Source: Crocinitomicaceae bacterium (GTDB taxonomy: Bacteria > Bacteroidota > Bacteroidia > Flavobacteriales_D > Crocinitomicaceae). From it: a stretch of 64,000 nucleotides of DNA. Below are positions 46,450 to 56,800 of this stretch, piece by piece. Position numbers and translations under genes: made by a program. Position 1 is the first letter of the stretch. Each line of letters begins with the position of its first letter. The stretch is taken from assembly GCA_021740745.1 (NCBI GenBank), contig JAIOZF010000004.1, forward strand, positions 3,879 to 67,878. The letters are read 5' to 3'. The notes below the pieces were generated by a model. That model had not been told where the DNA came from, made no database searches, and saw only the letters and a program-made list of their open reading frames with translations.

Positions 46450-48354
46450 ATGAGTGATGCAATACAACACGAGTGCGGAATAGCACTTATTCGTTTAAAA
46501 AAACCTCTTCAGTTTTACCTGGACAAATACGGAACGGCTTTTTATGGCTTGAATAAGCTCCATTTATTAATGGAAAAGCAAAACAACCGGGGACAAGATG
46601 GTGCTGGTGTAGCCAATATTAAAATGGACATGCAACCAGGTGAACGTTACATTTCAAGATACCGTTCGATCCACAGCAAACCAATTCAAGATATCTTTGA
46701 TTATATCAATGCTCGTTTCGAAGAAATCGGTGAAGAAGATCCAAGTAAATTAAAAGATGTTGACTACTTAAAAAAACATGCTGGTTTTACTGGTGAGTTG
46801 TTTTTAGGTCATTTACGCTATGGAACTTTCGGAAGAAATTCGATTGAAAGTTGTCACCCCTTCTTAAGACAAAATAATTGGATTACTAGAAATTTAGTAG
46901 TTGCTGGAAACTTTAACCTAACGAATGTTGATGAGTTATTCGATGTTTTAGTTGAAGTAGGACAACATCCAAAAGAGAAATCAGATACAGTAACAGTTCT
47001 TGAGAAAATAGGACATTTTTTAGATAACGAGAACGAAGAAATGTTCTCTCAGTATAAAAAACTTGGATACAGTAATGCTGATATCTACTCAAAAATTGCT
47101 GAAACATTAGATGTTGAGCGCATTTTAAAAAGAGCATCAGAAGATTGGGATGGTGGTTATGCAATGGCTGGATTATTTGGTCACGGCGATGCATTTGTAT
47201 TGAGAGATCCAGCAGGTATTCGCCCAGCATATTGGTATGAGGATGACGAAATCTGTGTTGTAGCTTCCGAACGACCTGTTATTCAAACGGCTTTCAACTT
47301 AAAAAGTGAACAAATTCGTGAATTGACTCCTGGTCATGCCCTGATTATCAAAAAGAGTGGTCATGTTACCGAAACGCTTATCAATCAACCGGATGCACAA
47401 CCTTTAAAATGTTCATTCGAACGCATTTATTTTTCACGCGGAAATGACATAGAAATTTACAATGAGCGTAAACTCCTTGGGAAAATGATTGTTCCGCAGG
47501 TTCTTGATGCAATTGATCACGATTTAGATAATTCCGTTTTCTCTTTTATTCCTAATACAGCTGAAGTTTCATTTTATGGAATGATCAAAGGATTAGAAGA
47601 TTATTTGAATGATCGAAAATTCAAGCAAATCCGCGCATTAGGTGCTAATCCAACGGATGAACAAATCTCAGAGATTATTTACCAGCGCGCTCGAATTGAA
47701 AAAATCGCCATAAAAGACGCAAAATTAAGAACGTTTATTACGCAAGATGAATCGCGTGATGACCTTGTGGCGCATGTATACGACATAACGTATGGTAGTG
47801 TTAAAAGACATCAAGATAACCTTGTTGTAATCGATGACAGTATTGTGCGTGGCACAACTTTGAAACAAAGTATTTTAAGAATTTTAGATCGTTTAGATCC
47901 GAAAAAAATAGTTGTTGTTTCATCAGCACCTCAAATTAGATTCCCAGATTGTTATGGAATTGACATGGCGAAGATGGGTGATTTTATTGCCTTCGAAGCT
48001 ACGATTAATTTACTAAAAGAAACAGGTCGAGAGCATATTATACAAGAGGTCTATACCAAGTGTAAAGAACAAGCCAACTTGCCGAAAGAACAAATTCGTA
48101 ATTATGTAAAGGAAATCTATGCTCCTTTTACGAATGAAGAAATTTCTGCGAAGATTGCTGAAATGTTAACACCACCAGCGATTAATGCGAAAGTTGAAAT
48201 CGTCTACCAAACGGTAGAAAATCTGCATGCATCTTGTCCAAATAATCTTGGTGATTGGTACTTTACTGGGAATTATCCAACACCAGGAGGAAATAAAGTA
48301 GTCAATCGAGCATTCATGAATTGGGTTGAAGGCAAGAACGAAAGAGCATATTAA
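46450..48354 (+). CDS. purF: amidophosphoribosyltransferase (long Bacteroidota-type)
   Basis: 634 aa. MSDAIQHECGIALIRL places the Ntn Cys after a short propeptide. The PRPP-binding loop is VVIDDSIVRGTT. Confidence 0.88.
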   Translation: MSDAIQHECGIALIRLKKPLQFYLDKYGTAFYGLNKLHLLMEKQNNRGQDGAGVANIKMDMQPGERYISRYRSIHSKPIQDIFDYINARFEEIGEEDPSKLKDVDYLKKHAGFTGELFLGHLRYGTFGRNSIESCHPFLRQNNWITRNLVVAGNFNLTNVDELFDVLVEVGQHPKEKSDTVTVLEKIGHFLDNENEEMFSQYKKLGYSNADIYSKIAETLDVERILKRASEDWDGGYAMAGLFGHGDAFVLRDPAGIRPAYWYEDDEICVVASERPVIQTAFNLKSEQIRELTPGHALIIKKSGHVTETLINQPDAQPLKCSFERIYFSRGNDIEIYNERKLLGKMIVPQVLDAIDHDLDNSVFSFIPNTAEVSFYGMIKGLEDYLNDRKFKQIRALGANPTDEQISEIIYQRARIEKIAIKDAKLRTFITQDESRDDLVAHVYDITYGSVKRHQDNLVVIDDSIVRGTTLKQSILRILDRLDPKKIVVVSSAPQIRFPDCYGIDMAKMGDFIAFEATINLLKETGREHIIQEVYTKCKEQANLPKEQIRNYVKEIYAPFTNEEISAKIAEMLTPPAINAKVEIVYQTVENLHASCPNNLGDWYFTGNYPTPGGNKVVNRAFMNWVEGKNERAY

Positions 48355-48364
48355 TTCTTAAAAC

Positions 48365-49267
48365 ATGAAAAGACAAACAACGATAATTCTTTATATTCTC
48401 GCTGTATATGTCGTGCTACAATTTGTATGGTGGGGTTATCACCTTATTGAACTTACTCAGGAATTGAGCGGTGATGAAGGAAAGTTACCCAAACGCGTTC
48501 TGATGATTATCGGTGAGGGACTTGTATTTTTCTTTCTGCTTATTCTTGGTTTTTGGAAAATTCAAAATTCAATTCGAAAAGATTTAAAGCTAGCCGAGCG
48601 TCAAAAGAACTTCTTGCTTTCTGTTACACATGAATTAAAAACACCCATTGCTGCTAACAAGCTATTTCTTCAAACAATTGGTAAACGCGAATTAAGCAAC
48701 GAGCAAAAGCAAGAAATTGTTCAAAAAGCACTTTCAGAAAGTGATCGCTTAGAATTAATGATTGACAATATTCTCAATGCCTCGCGAATAGAGAATAATG
48801 CCTTACAAATGGTAAAAGAAGAGGTTGATTTAAGCCAACTTCTCGAAAACGTCATCAATCGTTTTAAAAAATTCAACCCTCATCAGGAATTAATTCATGA
48901 CATTTCACCTTCCATTAGCATTCAAAGTGATGGATTTTTGATTGAAACCATTTTTAATAATTTAATTGAAAACGCTAGTAAATATGCTGGACCAGATGCT
49001 AAAATTGAAGTTTACTTAAGTCAAAACAATAATTCTATTGTCTGTGGGGTAAAAGATAATGGTCCTGGTATATTGAAAGAAAATACCAAAGAAATTTTTT
49101 CCAAGTTTTACAGAGTTGAATCAGAAGAAATACGCTCACAAAAAGGTAGTGGTTTGGGACTATTTATTGTAGCAGAATTTGTTCGTCTCTTGAAAGGAAG
49201 AATCACCTATAAAAACAATTCGCCAATTGGTGCCAATTTTGAAATAATACTCACAAATGACAAATAA
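48365..49267 (+). CDS. sensor histidine kinase (two TM helices, no obvious sensor domain)
   Basis: H-box SVTHELKTPIAA, N-box NLIENASKY, and DNGPGI ... GSGLGL. Overlaps gpmI by 11 nt. Confidence 0.85.
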   Translation: MKRQTTIILYILAVYVVLQFVWWGYHLIELTQELSGDEGKLPKRVLMIIGEGLVFFFLLILGFWKIQNSIRKDLKLAERQKNFLLSVTHELKTPIAANKLFLQTIGKRELSNEQKQEIVQKALSESDRLELMIDNILNASRIENNALQMVKEEVDLSQLLENVINRFKKFNPHQELIHDISPSISIQSDGFLIETIFNNLIENASKYAGPDAKIEVYLSQNNNSIVCGVKDNGPGILKENTKEIFSKFYRVESEEIRSQKGSGLGLFIVAEFVRLLKGRITYKNNSPIGANFEIILTNDK

Positions 49268-50771
49268 CATTGGTTTAATCATATTAGACGGTTGGGGCAT
49301 CGGTGATCATTCGAAATCAGATGCGATTTTTAATGCGAACACTCCATTCATGGATAGTTTATTAAGCAAATATCCCAATGCGACCCTAAAAACAAGTGGT
49401 GAAGATGTTGGTTTGCCTGATGGTCAAATGGGTAATTCAGAAGTCGGTCACATGAATATTGGTGCTGGTAGAATTGTTTATCAAGAATTGACACGTATCA
49501 ATAAATCCATTCGAGAGGGCGATTTTTTTACAAATGAGGTTCTAATTGATGCAATGAAAACAGCCAAAGAAAAGGGTGTTAAATTGCACTTAATTGGACT
49601 TGTGTCAAAAGGTGGAGTTCATAGCAATCAAGAACACATCTATGCTTTGTGTGAGATGGCGAAAAATCATGGAGTGTCGGATGTTTTCATTCATGCTTTT
49701 ACCGATGGCCGCGACTGCGATCCTAAAAGCGGATTAGCCTTCATGAAGGAATTGGAAAACCAATTGAAAAATACAACAGGTAAAATTGCATCAATTGTCG
49801 GACGCTATTTTGCAATGGATAGAGACAATCGTTGGGAACGTGTGAAAAAAGCTTACGACCTTATGGTGCATGGATCTGGTCAAGCATTTTCATCTGCAAC
49901 CGACGCTATAGAAACTTCTTATGCAAACAATAAAACAGATGAATTTATTGAACCGTGTGTCATTGAAGAAAATGGTCAACCATTGGCTAAAATTGAAAAT
50001 GGAGATGTTGTAATTTCGTTCAATTTCAGAACCGATCGTCCAAGAGAAATCACCACCGTTTTGACCCAGACCGCATTTGATGAATTCAAGATGGTACCGT
50101 TAGATTTGCATTATTATTCTATGACAAATTACGATGCTACTTTCAAGGGAATCAAAGTGATTTTCGAAAAAGACAATCTTTCAATGACACTTGGTGAGGT
50201 TTTATCAAAAGAGGGTAAATCACAAGTTCGAATTGCTGAAACTGAAAAATATCCACATGTAACCTTCTTTTTTAGTGGTGGACGAGAAACTGTTTTCGAA
50301 GGCGAAGATCGCATAATGGTAAATTCTCCTAAAGTTGCTACCTATGATTTACAGCCCGAAATGAGTGCATTTGAAGTCCGTGACCAAATTGTTGATTTTA
50401 TAGAAACAAAAAAGCCTAATTTCATTTGTCTCAATTTTGCTAATCCAGACATGGTTGGGCATACAGGTGTTTATTCTGCAATTGTAAAAGCTGTAGAAAC
50501 AGTCGATGCTTGTTTAAAAGAAGTCGTAGAAATCGGTTTGAAACATGGTTATGAATTTCTGATCATCGCAGATCATGGTAATGCTGACAATGCTATTAAT
50601 TCAGATGGAACTCCCAACACTGCACATTCACTTAATCCAGTTCCTGTGGTGCTGGTTACGGATGAAAATTTAAGGTTGCAAGATGGTATTTTAGCTGATG
50701 TTGCACCTACAATTCTGAGCAGACTAGATATTGTTCAACCTGTTGAAATGACAGGATGTTCACTTATATAA
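49257..50771 (+). CDS. gpmI: 2,3-bisphosphoglycerate-independent phosphoglycerate mutase
   Basis: 504 aa. Motifs ILDGWG, MGNSEVGHMNIGAGR, FTDGRD, ADHGNAD. Confidence 0.92.
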   Translation: MTNNIGLIILDGWGIGDHSKSDAIFNANTPFMDSLLSKYPNATLKTSGEDVGLPDGQMGNSEVGHMNIGAGRIVYQELTRINKSIREGDFFTNEVLIDAMKTAKEKGVKLHLIGLVSKGGVHSNQEHIYALCEMAKNHGVSDVFIHAFTDGRDCDPKSGLAFMKELENQLKNTTGKIASIVGRYFAMDRDNRWERVKKAYDLMVHGSGQAFSSATDAIETSYANNKTDEFIEPCVIEENGQPLAKIENGDVVISFNFRTDRPREITTVLTQTAFDEFKMVPLDLHYYSMTNYDATFKGIKVIFEKDNLSMTLGEVLSKEGKSQVRIAETEKYPHVTFFFSGGRETVFEGEDRIMVNSPKVATYDLQPEMSAFEVRDQIVDFIETKKPNFICLNFANPDMVGHTGVYSAIVKAVETVDACLKEVVEIGLKHGYEFLIIADHGNADNAINSDGTPNTAHSLNPVPVVLVTDENLRLQDGILADVAPTILSRLDIVQPVEMTGCSLI

Positions 50772-50829
50772 GACTTGAATATTTGCACATTGAGGGGCTA
50801 GCCCCTCTAAATAACATGATATAGTTCTT

Positions 50830-50837
50830 TATTTTTG
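50830..50837 (+). promoter_or_regulatory. -7 box TATTTTTG upstream of the SprB-repeat gene
   Basis: Exact TAnnTTTG match, 80 nt before the ATG at 50918. Confidence 0.35.
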
Positions 50838-50917
50838 TAGAACTATTAATCATTCAGCTAACTTACTACTGTTATAATATGATGGTTAATAGTTTTCTTA
50901 TGATTAAACTTTGTATC

Positions 50918-53900
50918 ATGAAAATTCTACAACTAACTACCTTTCTTTTCTTTCTTACTCAACTGAATGCTCAACATTCGGATATTTCATCCTGGACAGC
51001 AGATTATTCAAAGAGTAAATCATTCATTGAGAATTTGGGACAATTCGATGAATTTGAGACTAATTCAACAGGTAAAATTGAATATGCTGTTGATTTTGGT
51101 TCAACTCGAATCTTATTTGGTAAGAAAGGAATTTCGTACAATTTTCTGGAAGCGCGTAAAATTCCTCGTGCCGAACGAGAGCGTATTATGAACTCACCTG
51201 TTAGTTCTATCGATGACCATAAGTCGAAAGAAAAGCTAGTTGGGAAATTCATGTTTAAACAAGATGCAGTTAACATGACATGGCTTAACCCATCAACATC
51301 TACTCAACTTATAACATCCGAGGAAACAAGTGATTACCATAATTACTCAGTTAAGAACTCAGCAGGTGAATATGTTAGTGTTTCTAATGCTAAAGCATAT
51401 AAAAAACTTACTTACAAGAACATTTATTCAAATATTGACATTGAATATGTAGTTCATCCTGAAATAGGAATCAAATATGCAATTATCGTTCATCCAGGAG
51501 CAAACCCCTCTGATGTTGCTATGGTCTTTGATCGAGATATTTCACTTTTTGATGGGAAAATTGATATACCAACTGAATTCGGTTCAATAATCGACCATGC
51601 TCCACTTACTTTTTACCAAGGCGATAACAGTAATATTATTCCGTCATCTTTCAAACAGGAACAAAATACCATCCGTTTTTCAGTTGGAAATTATGACAAT
51701 ACACAAACATTAATAATTGATCCATGGACCCAAACACCCGCATTCAACACCAATTGGGATGTCGTTTGGGAAGTGGAAAAAGATGGCGCTGGAAACGTAT
51801 ACATATTAGGAGGAATTATGCCAATGCAAATTCTAAAATATAATTCAACTGGGGCACTTCAATGGACCTATAATACTCCTTATGACACTTCAAATGTTTG
51901 GTTAGGTACATTTGCGGTTGATTTAACGGGGATTTCATATGTTACCGCTGGATCAGTTGCTCAAATTCAAAAAATAAGTGCTGCAGGTGCAATGTTATTA
52001 AATAATGCTAGTCCTGGAGGTATTATTTCAAGTGCTGAATTTTGGACAATTGCATTTAATTGCGATCAAACTGGACTTATCATTGGAGGAACAGGTGGCA
52101 CCGTATTCCCTCCTGTTTTAGATGCGGTAATTTATGATGTGAATACATCAACCTTGAATATTAATAATGAACAATTCATATCAAATGGTCCTACTTTAGC
52201 ATTTCCACCAGATGTAGAAGAAGTTCGTTCTATCGCTGCAGGTCCCAATGGTAAATACTATTTTATGACCCATGATACGATAGGTTATATGAATGATAAT
52301 TTCAATTTATGTCCAAATAATAGCTCAAGTTTTTACAAAAACAACCATGGCATGAGCTATGGTTATAAGTGTGAAGATTTCAGGTACGATAATGCAGGAA
52401 TTATGGGTATCAGAGCAGATGCAAATGCAGTTTATACTCATCGAGGTAACCAATTACAAAAAAGGTCCTTAACTACTGGAGCGATACTATCATCAGTCGC
52501 AATTCCTGGAGGTGGATATAACAACGTATTTTTAAGCGGAAATCAAGTCACTAATAGCGGCATCGATATCGACAATTGCGGTAATATTTATGTTGGTTCT
52601 ACAACAGGAGTCTACAAATTCAATTCTTCACTAGTTCAACAAGCTTTTTATGCTACAAGTTTTAAAGTATATGACGTTGTTGTAAGTTTAGCTGGTGATG
52701 TAATTGCTTGCGGTGGAACAGGTACATCTAATTCTACCAGCCGATCAGGTGGGGTTCAATCATTTTTTGCTTCAGCCTGTGCTCCTATCGCTGCAACTTG
52801 TTGTGATGCGACGATTTGCATTCCAGAAGATTTTTGTGTGAATGATGCCCCTTTTACATTTACTACAGCAACATCAGGTGGTACTTGGTCCGGACCAGGA
52901 GTAAATGCTTCAGGTGTTTTCAATCCTACCACCGCAGGAGCAGGAACTCATACTATAACCTACACCTTAGCATGTGGTTCTGAGACGATTTCTGTTGTAG
53001 TTAACCCATGTGCTACTTTATCAGTATGTGTTGAAACAAATGGAACATTAACGGTATCGAATGGTACACCTGCATACACTTGGTCAAATCAAACAACAGT
53101 TACTACTCCAATAAATAGCCAAGCAAGTTGTGTGGCATGTGGTGGTACAGCTACTATGTTTGGACCAATTTATGTTTCATGTAGCGTTGGTACAAGCTGT
53201 ACATCAACTGTTTGGACAGCTTTTGGAACAGGAACTAATCAAACAGTGAACACTTACCCAGTTCAGATTGTGGATGGTATTGGAACAACACTTTTGATTA
53301 ATAGTGTTTCTAGTTTACCCGCATGTGGTTCTGTCCCTTGTCCTACAATAACATTAAACACTACTGCCCAAACAAATGTAGCTTGCTTTGGAAATAACAC
53401 AGGTTCTGCAACAGTTAACGCGACAGGTGGCGCAGCAGCATATACGTATACTTGGTTGCCGGGTAATTTAAACGGTGCATCACAATCAAATTTAGCCGCT
53501 GGAACTTATACTGTAAATGTCGTTGATGCGAATCTTTGTCCGGGTTCAGGAACTGTAACAATTACTCAACCAGCAGCTGCACTTTCAGTATCAATGGCAA
53601 ATACCCCTGCTACTTGTGGTGCAAACAATGGAACTGCCACAGTAACTCCATCGGGTGGTGCAACTACCTACTCTTATGTTTGGTCACCAAGTGGTGGCAC
53701 AGGTGCAACAGCGACAAATTTAGCTGCTGGAGCCTACTCAGTTTTAGTTACAGATTTGAATGGCTGTCAAATTACTGGCAATACTACTGTACCTTCTAGT
53801 GGTGGACCTTCGATATCTGTTTCAACTTCTACTGGTGTTAGTTGCTTCGGCGGAACAAATGGTTCAGCAACAGTTTCTGGAAGTGGTGGAACAGGAACAT

Positions 53901-55234
53901 TGTCATACAATTGGATACCAGGAAATTTAACAGGTGCAACACAATCAGCACTTTCTGCAGGAACATATACTGTAACGGTAACAGATCAAGGTGGTTGTTC
54001 AAATTCAACTACCGTCACAATTAATGAACCTACAGAATTAACACTTTCTGCAGGAACCATAAATCCAGCGAATTGCGGAGCCACTGATGGTTCAGCATCT
54101 GTAATTGCATCAGGTGGAACAGGAACATTATCATATACATGGTCACCAAATGTGAGTTCAAGTGCCAGTGCAACTAATATTGCTGCTGGATCTTACACTG
54201 TTACGGTGCAGGATTTAAATCTTTGTTCTGAAACAATCAATATTGTCGTAACCTCTATTGGAGGTCCAACAGTTACATTGGCATCTTCCAATGACGCTTC
54301 TTGTTATGGTGGAAACGATGGTGATGCAACTATCAATGTAACTGGAGGAACGGCACCGTTTACCTATGTTTGGTCACCAAGTGGAGGGTCAGGAGTTTCT
54401 GCTACTAATTTAAGTGCGGGCACTTATTCTGCATCAGTAACAGATGATCAAGGTTGTGTTGGTTCTGTAAATGTTATAATCGGTTCACCTACACAGATTG
54501 TCATAACTGAAACAATTACAGACATTATTTGTGGATCTAGCTTAGGTCAAATCTCAACATCAGTAACTGGTGGTGATGGAACGTACTCTTATGATTGGTT
54601 GCCGAATGGGGAAACAACCTCCGGCATTTCTGGTCTTGCAGTTGGCACCTATTCACTTGAGGTCACTGATGGCAGTGGATGTTCTGTTCTAGAGAATTAT
54701 GTTATTTCTACAAGTGGCACCTTGACAATAGTAGCAACTCCCGCTTCAACAACAATCAATGCTGGAGAATCCGTTCAATTAAATGCAAGTGGTGCAACAA
54801 CATACACATGGTCACCAGCAACTGGTTTATCTGCAACTGATATATCAGATCCTATTGCTACACCAACTTCATCTATCACCTATACCGTAACAGGATCGGA
54901 CGCAAATGGTTGTGTCGGAACTGCTTTAGTTAATATTTACATTCCAATCGATTGTGGTGAATTATTTCTTCCAACTGTTTTCTCACCGAATGGTACTGGG
55001 CCAAGTTCAAACAATGTATTATGTGTTTTAGGAGGTTGTATTGCTGAATTAAACTATGCAGTTTACAATCGCTGGGGAGAAAAAGTTTTTGAAACAACTG
55101 ATAATACGATTTGCTGGGATGGAATGTTCAAAGATAAACCAGTTAATTCTGGGGTGTATGCCTATAAAATCTATGCAGTTTTATTTGATGGAACTACAAT
55201 TGAAGAATCTGGAAATCTAACAATCGTTCGCTAA
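50918..55234 (+). CDS. SprB-repeat adhesin-like protein with T9SS type B sorting domain
   Basis: Signal peptide MKILQLTTFLFFLTQLNAQ. The N-terminal domain is homologous to that of the 42363-46253 protein, followed by a propeller-like region. Six tandem SprB repeats of about 76 aa lie at 53344-54718. CTD FLPTVFSPNG...YNRWGEKVF...WDGMFKDKP...GVYAYKI...GNLTIVR. Confidence 0.82.
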   Translation: MKILQLTTFLFFLTQLNAQHSDISSWTADYSKSKSFIENLGQFDEFETNSTGKIEYAVDFGSTRILFGKKGISYNFLEARKIPRAERERIMNSPVSSIDDHKSKEKLVGKFMFKQDAVNMTWLNPSTSTQLITSEETSDYHNYSVKNSAGEYVSVSNAKAYKKLTYKNIYSNIDIEYVVHPEIGIKYAIIVHPGANPSDVAMVFDRDISLFDGKIDIPTEFGSIIDHAPLTFYQGDNSNIIPSSFKQEQNTIRFSVGNYDNTQTLIIDPWTQTPAFNTNWDVVWEVEKDGAGNVYILGGIMPMQILKYNSTGALQWTYNTPYDTSNVWLGTFAVDLTGISYVTAGSVAQIQKISAAGAMLLNNASPGGIISSAEFWTIAFNCDQTGLIIGGTGGTVFPPVLDAVIYDVNTSTLNINNEQFISNGPTLAFPPDVEEVRSIAAGPNGKYYFMTHDTIGYMNDNFNLCPNNSSSFYKNNHGMSYGYKCEDFRYDNAGIMGIRADANAVYTHRGNQLQKRSLTTGAILSSVAIPGGGYNNVFLSGNQVTNSGIDIDNCGNIYVGSTTGVYKFNSSLVQQAFYATSFKVYDVVVSLAGDVIACGGTGTSNSTSRSGGVQSFFASACAPIAATCCDATICIPEDFCVNDAPFTFTTATSGGTWSGPGVNASGVFNPTTAGAGTHTITYTLACGSETISVVVNPCATLSVCVETNGTLTVSNGTPAYTWSNQTTVTTPINSQASCVACGGTATMFGPIYVSCSVGTSCTSTVWTAFGTGTNQTVNTYPVQIVDGIGTTLLINSVSSLPACGSVPCPTITLNTTAQTNVACFGNNTGSATVNATGGAAAYTYTWLPGNLNGASQSNLAAGTYTVNVVDANLCPGSGTVTITQPAAALSVSMANTPATCGANNGTATVTPSGGATTYSYVWSPSGGTGATATNLAAGAYSVLVTDLNGCQITGNTTVPSSGGPSISVSTSTGVSCFGGTNGSATVSGSGGTGTLSYNWIPGNLTGATQSALSAGTYTVTVTDQGGCSNSTTVTINEPTELTLSAGTINPANCGATDGSASVIASGGTGTLSYTWSPNVSSSASATNIAAGSYTVTVQDLNLCSETINIVVTSIGGPTVTLASSNDASCYGGNDGDATINVTGGTAPFTYVWSPSGGSGVSATNLSAGTYSASVTDDQGCVGSVNVIIGSPTQIVITETITDIICGSSLGQISTSVTGGDGTYSYDWLPNGETTSGISGLAVGTYSLEVTDGSGCSVLENYVISTSGTLTIVATPASTTINAGESVQLNASGATTYTWSPATGLSATDISDPIATPTSSITYTVTGSDANGCVGTALVNIYIPIDCGELFLPTVFSPNGTGPSSNNVLCVLGGCIAELNYAVYNRWGEKVFETTDNTICWDGMFKDKPVNSGVYAYKIYAVLFDGTTIEESGNLTIVR
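53344..54718 (+). repeat. six tandem SprB-type repeats of about 76 aa (in-frame coding repeat)
   Basis: Each unit follows the pattern ..(C)(F/G/Y)G..(N/D)G.A.V...GG....Y.W.P.......(N/A)L.AG.Y.V.V.D..GC. The repeat is at protein level and the DNA copies have diverged. Confidence 0.8.
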
Positions 55235-55244
55235 TACTTGAATC

Positions 55245-56282
55245 ATGAAAAAATTAATTAGAATTTGTTTTTGTATCGGTCTTGCTTGCATTAGTTTGAT
55301 TGGAAATGCTCAAGATGTTCACTTTTCGCATATGGAATTTTCACCCATGACCTTAAACCCAGGATTAGCCGGTGCAAATGGCCCATTGCAAGGAATTGTC
55401 AATTACAGAAGTCAGTGGAATAGTGTTGCTGACCCTTACAAAACAATTGCAGCTTCGTTTGATGCACGTTTCAATGACAAAAAGCGAAATAAAAGTGGAA
55501 TCATCGCTGGAGGAATCAATTTTTACAATGATCAAGCGGGTGATTTAAAAGTCAACACCAACAACGTAAACCTTAATCTAGCATACCACTTGATTCTTGA
55601 TAAATCGAGTACATTAGGATTAGGGATTTACTCAGGCTTTGGTCAACGCTCTATTTCACCAGAGGGAGGAAAATGGGCTAGTCAATATGACGGAAATGCT
55701 TATAATCCAAGTTTATCGAGCGGTGAAGTATTTAACTCTCCCAGCTTTTCTTTTTTCGATGCGGGTGCTGGTTTGGTCTACACCTACAAAAATGGTGCTG
55801 GCTACATGAATCAAAACAAGCAACGATTCTTCAACGGAGGAATAGCGTTTTACCATGTCAATAGACCCAATTATTCATATATCAATAATGGTGAAGAGAA
55901 ATTGTACATGCGTATTTCTGGCTTCGTAAATGCGAATATTGGAATTGCCAATACACGCGGTTCAATTTTACCTGGTATTTATTATCAACGTCAAAAATCT
56001 GCTCAAGAAATTTACGTTGGTGCGAATTACAAGTATAACTTACATGAAGGATCACGTCACACAGGTTTTACAAGACCAATGGCTTTGTATATTGGATTGT
56101 TTGGACGTGTGAAAGATGCATTAGTAGGAAAGCTAATGTTTGAATACGATCAGTTTTCTGCGGGATTCGCTTATGACATTAATATTTCATCCTTAACAGA
56201 AGTTTCAAGATCCAAAGGAGGATTTGAATTGTTCCTTCGCTTCAATATGGGCGATGGTGGTGGATTTAGAGCAAAAATTTAA
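55245..56282 (+). CDS. PorP/SprF family type IX secretion system membrane protein
   Basis: 345 aa. Signal peptide, then QDVHFSHMEFSPMTLNPGLAG, the characteristic PorP/SprF N-terminus, and a beta-barrel-like body. Starts 10 nt after the type B cargo gene. Confidence 0.85.
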   Translation: MKKLIRICFCIGLACISLIGNAQDVHFSHMEFSPMTLNPGLAGANGPLQGIVNYRSQWNSVADPYKTIAASFDARFNDKKRNKSGIIAGGINFYNDQAGDLKVNTNNVNLNLAYHLILDKSSTLGLGIYSGFGQRSISPEGGKWASQYDGNAYNPSLSSGEVFNSPSFSFFDAGAGLVYTYKNGAGYMNQNKQRFFNGGIAFYHVNRPNYSYINNGEEKLYMRISGFVNANIGIANTRGSILPGIYYQRQKSAQEIYVGANYKYNLHEGSRHTGFTRPMALYIGLFGRVKDALVGKLMFEYDQFSAGFAYDINISSLTEVSRSKGGFELFLRFNMGDGGGFRAKI

Positions 56283-56284
56283 CC

Positions 56285-56800
56285 CTATTTTTTACCTTTT
56301 GCAAGGATGGATGTTGTCGAATATCCATCCACTAAAGGAATGGCAATTACTTTTCCTCCATTTGATTTGATTAGATCAGAACCAACTATATACTTCTTCG
56401 AATTAGGATCAGTTTCATTTGGATCATAATCGGCACCTTTCACCAATACATCTGGAAGTAATTCTTTAATCAAATTGATGGGTGTTTGTTCCTCAAAGAA
56501 AAGCACTAAATCTACAAAACCAAGAGCTGCAATTACCAACGCACGGGCATCTTGATCATTAATTGGTCGATCCTCCCCTTTTCCTTGTTCTCGAACAGAT
56601 GCGTCTGTGTTTAATCCTATCACTAAGCGTGTTCCTTCTTGGGCTGCTTGTGCAAGGTAAGTCACATGGCCTTTATGAAGAATGTCAAAGCAACCATTTG
56701 TAAAAACAATCTTGTCACCTTTCATTCTCCACATTGCGAGCATACGCTTTGCGTCGTCTAATTCAATAATTTTATTCTGGAGAAACGTCAATCGGCTCAT
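56285..56800 (-). CDS. RfaE-domain-II-like nucleotidyltransferase (annotated family: D-glycero-beta-D-manno-heptose 1-phosphate adenylyltransferase)
   Basis: 171 aa with the cytidylyltransferase-fold motif FTNGCFDILHKGHVTYL. Stand-alone, with no kinase domain. Confidence 0.7.
   Translation of the reverse strand: MSRLTFLQNKIIELDDAKRMLAMWRMKGDKIVFTNGCFDILHKGHVTYLAQAAQEGTRLVIGLNTDASVREQGKGEDRPINDQDARALVIAALGFVDLVLFFEEQTPINLIKELLPDVLVKGADYDPNETDPNSKKYIVGSDLIKSNGGKVIAIPLVDGYSTTSILAKGKK

Noticed and set aside
50792-50807. Perfect 16-nt palindrome GAGGGGCTAGCCCCTC after gpmI as a terminator. The GGCGCGCC palindrome at 20373-20380 was also considered as a special site.
   Set aside because: The gpmI-distal palindrome has no following T-run, so a terminator call is weak, although it may still be a stem-loop. 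GGCGCGCC is simply the apex of the atpC terminator hairpin.
53344-54718. Regular periodicity of about 228 nt that could be mistaken for a tandem DNA repeat or CRISPR-like array.
   Set aside because: It lies in frame inside one long ORF and is conserved at protein level (SprB repeat), while the DNA copies have diverged. There are no short identical direct repeats with unique spacers and no cas genes.
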